Below, in pieces: positions 62,589 to 64,000 of a DNA stretch of 64,000 nucleotides. The notes under the pieces are model-generated. The model was not told where the DNA came from. It did no database searches and saw only the letters and a list, made by a program, of their open reading frames with translations. Each line of letters starts with the position of its first letter. The first letter of the stretch is position 1. The position numbers and the translations under genes are program-made. This DNA comes from an uncultured Gemmatimonadales bacterium (GTDB lineage Bacteria > Gemmatimonadota > Gemmatimonadetes > Gemmatimonadales > GWC2-71-9). The stretch is taken from contig CAVSQW010000015.1 in NCBI GenBank assembly GCA_963730185.1, positions 480,001-544,000 on the forward strand. The letters are read 5' to 3'.

Positions 62589-63469
62589 GAAGACCTCTCG
62601 GGAGGGAGATAGGGGTTGATCAGCCGGACCGGCGTGTCGGGACGACGAGGCGCCGACCGGGTTGGATGGTCGAGGACGTGGAGCGCGAACAGATGGTCGA
62701 TCCACTTGGCGCGGCGGAAGATCCGGCGCTGCCGGAGAAAGTTGAAGGGCGTGATCTTCCGGCGCGGGTGGGCGTCGTTGAACTGGTTCACTGCCAGAAG
62801 CTCGCCGCACCAGGGGTTCACGCCCTCTTCCTCGACGTCGTCGAGATAGACCAGGGTGATCGGCAGATAGCGGTCGGCCGGGCCGGTGAACACGGCGAGG
62901 GACTCGACCGCCGACCAGTAGTAGTCCACGTCGACGGCGACGAATCCCACCGGTGCGGACGCGGTGAGCTCGGCGACGAACGCCGGCACGGTCTCCGCGA
63001 CGTCGCCGACCACCAGCCGGGCGTTGGCGGGGAGCCGGGCCGACAGGGCCGCGACGTCGGTTGGGAAGTCGCCCTCGGCGTAGTATTCCGGGTGGTCGCG
63101 ATAGTCCCGGGGCGGCGGCATGCCGCGGCCGGTGTCGAAGCCCACGATCCGGAACCGGATCCCGGTGGCGCGGGTGACCCGGGCCGCCACCTCGCACAGG
63201 TTCAGGAGGCCGGCCCCGGCGGCCACCCCAAACTCGATCGCGGTCACCTCCTCGAGGCCGAGCGCCGCGGCGTAGTCGGCCGCCTTGAGGAGTCCGTACG
63301 CGGTGTGGTGGCGGGGCACCAGGTCCCAGGCCACCTTGGCGCGGAAGCCGCCGAAGGCCAGTACGAACGGCGACATGACATTGAGGTGGAGCGGCTCGGT
63401 GAGCCGCTCGAGGAAGATCCGTCGCCAGATGTGGGGCTGGGTCAGCTTCCGGAGCGTGAACCGGAGCAT
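62585..63469 (-). CDS. Putative TylF/MycF-like class I SAM-dependent methyltransferase
   Basis: IEFGVAAGAG, GFDTGRGMP, LVVGDVAET, VDVDYY.S, YLDD. Confidence 0.6.
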   Translation of the reverse strand: MLRFTLRKLTQPHIWRRIFLERLTEPLHLNVMSPFVLAFGGFRAKVAWDLVPRHHTAYGLLKAADYAAALGLEEVTAIEFGVAAGAGLLNLCEVAARVTRATGIRFRIVGFDTGRGMPPPRDYRDHPEYYAEGDFPTDVAALSARLPANARLVVGDVAETVPAFVAELTASAPVGFVAVDVDYYWSAVESLAVFTGPADRYLPITLVYLDDVEEEGVNPWCGELLAVNQFNDAHPRRKITPFNFLRQRRIFRRAKWIDHLFALHVLDHPTRSAPRRPDTPVRLINPYLPPERSS

Positions 63470-64000
63470 CAGTCGATCTCCCAGCGCGAGGCGCCGTCCC
63501 AGACCCGCCGGAGCCACCGCACGGTTGCGGCGGTGCCGGCTTCCACGTCGATCGGCGGCGGCCCGCAGACGGCCAGAGTCGGCGCCAGCTCGACGACCGA
63601 GGGCGTGATCACGTTGGCCAGGCGGAACGACGTGAAGGGAAATCGGGAGACGCCGATCGTCCGGACCCCGTCGCCGATCAGGGCCAGGGTCCGGGCCAGG
63701 GCCCGCGGCAGGGTCCGGATCCGGGGAGCGTCGAGCGCCCGGCGGAACCCTTCGGCCCAGTCCTCCAGGGCGATGGGCGGGTCGTCGGCCAGATAGAAGG
63801 TCCGGCGGTGCACGTCGGCCGCCGGCGCCTCGAGCAGCCGGCGATACTGGTCGACGGTGTTGCCCACGAAGCCGTACGACTTGAGGGTGGGCCCGCCGGC
63901 GACGTGGACGTAGCGACCGTCGCGCACCAGGCGGAAGAAGGTGAGGTAGTGCGGGTTCATGCCCGGGCCCCAGATGGTGGTGGGCCGGACCAGGCACCAG
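63469..64000 (-). CDS. NAD-dependent epimerase/dehydratase, C-terminal part (5' end beyond the window)
   Basis: RPTTIWGPG, KSYGFVGN; coupled to the downstream ATG (TGATG). Confidence 0.7.
   Translation of the reverse strand, partial: WCLVRPTTIWGPGMNPHYLTFFRLVRDGRYVHVAGGPTLKSYGFVGNTVDQYRRLLEAPAADVHRRTFYLADDPPIALEDWAEGFRRALDAPRIRTLPRALARTLALIGDGVRTIGVSRFPFTSFRLANVITPSVVELAPTLAVCGPPPIDVEAGTAATVRWLRRVWDGASRWEID

Overview
GC-rich (visually about 70%), gene-dense bacterial chromosome segment, mostly + strand. Gene content and order suggest Gemmatimonadota (inference, not shown by a marker gene). Core genes in order: secA (3' part)-radC-relA/spoT, uvrB-tsaE-tsaB-rimI, ssb-LysM, tolQRAB-pal-cpoB, a single 1169-aa TatC-LptD fusion ORF, hutH, a TPR protein, polyprenyl synthase, tatA, ppiD, a second TPR protein, aroQ-pepP-accB-pilT-like-accC-comB-ftsK, an accessory block (DUF2277, YfaP-like lipoprotein, MacB-type permease, acyl-CoA ligase, hybrid sensor kinase), yraN-recA-recX-alaS, PHP phosphatase-gmhA-SDR-cca-ZIP-rarA-hflX, and the end of a minus-strand polysaccharide cluster. 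Several genes, some essential (tsaE, ppiD, accC, ftsK, the kinase, recX, alaS), carry frameshifts that are most likely long-read indel errors. Main observations: (1) TatC runs in frame into an internal cleavable-looking signal peptide and a full LptD-type barrel, which may be a processed polyprotein. (2) A family of strand-polarised heptamer/decamer repeats: G-rich arms start at stop codons and C-rich arms end just before start codons. One inverted pair brackets a four-helix-bundle (Avd/23S-IVS family) gene plus an EVE gene, and gene-less and solo versions occur elsewhere. (3) A recurring TANNNT-N6-ATG leaderless promoter pattern. (4) A 17-bp motif shared by the uvrB and recA promoters (candidate SOS box). 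No tRNA, rRNA, CRISPR array, transposase or integrase was recognised.
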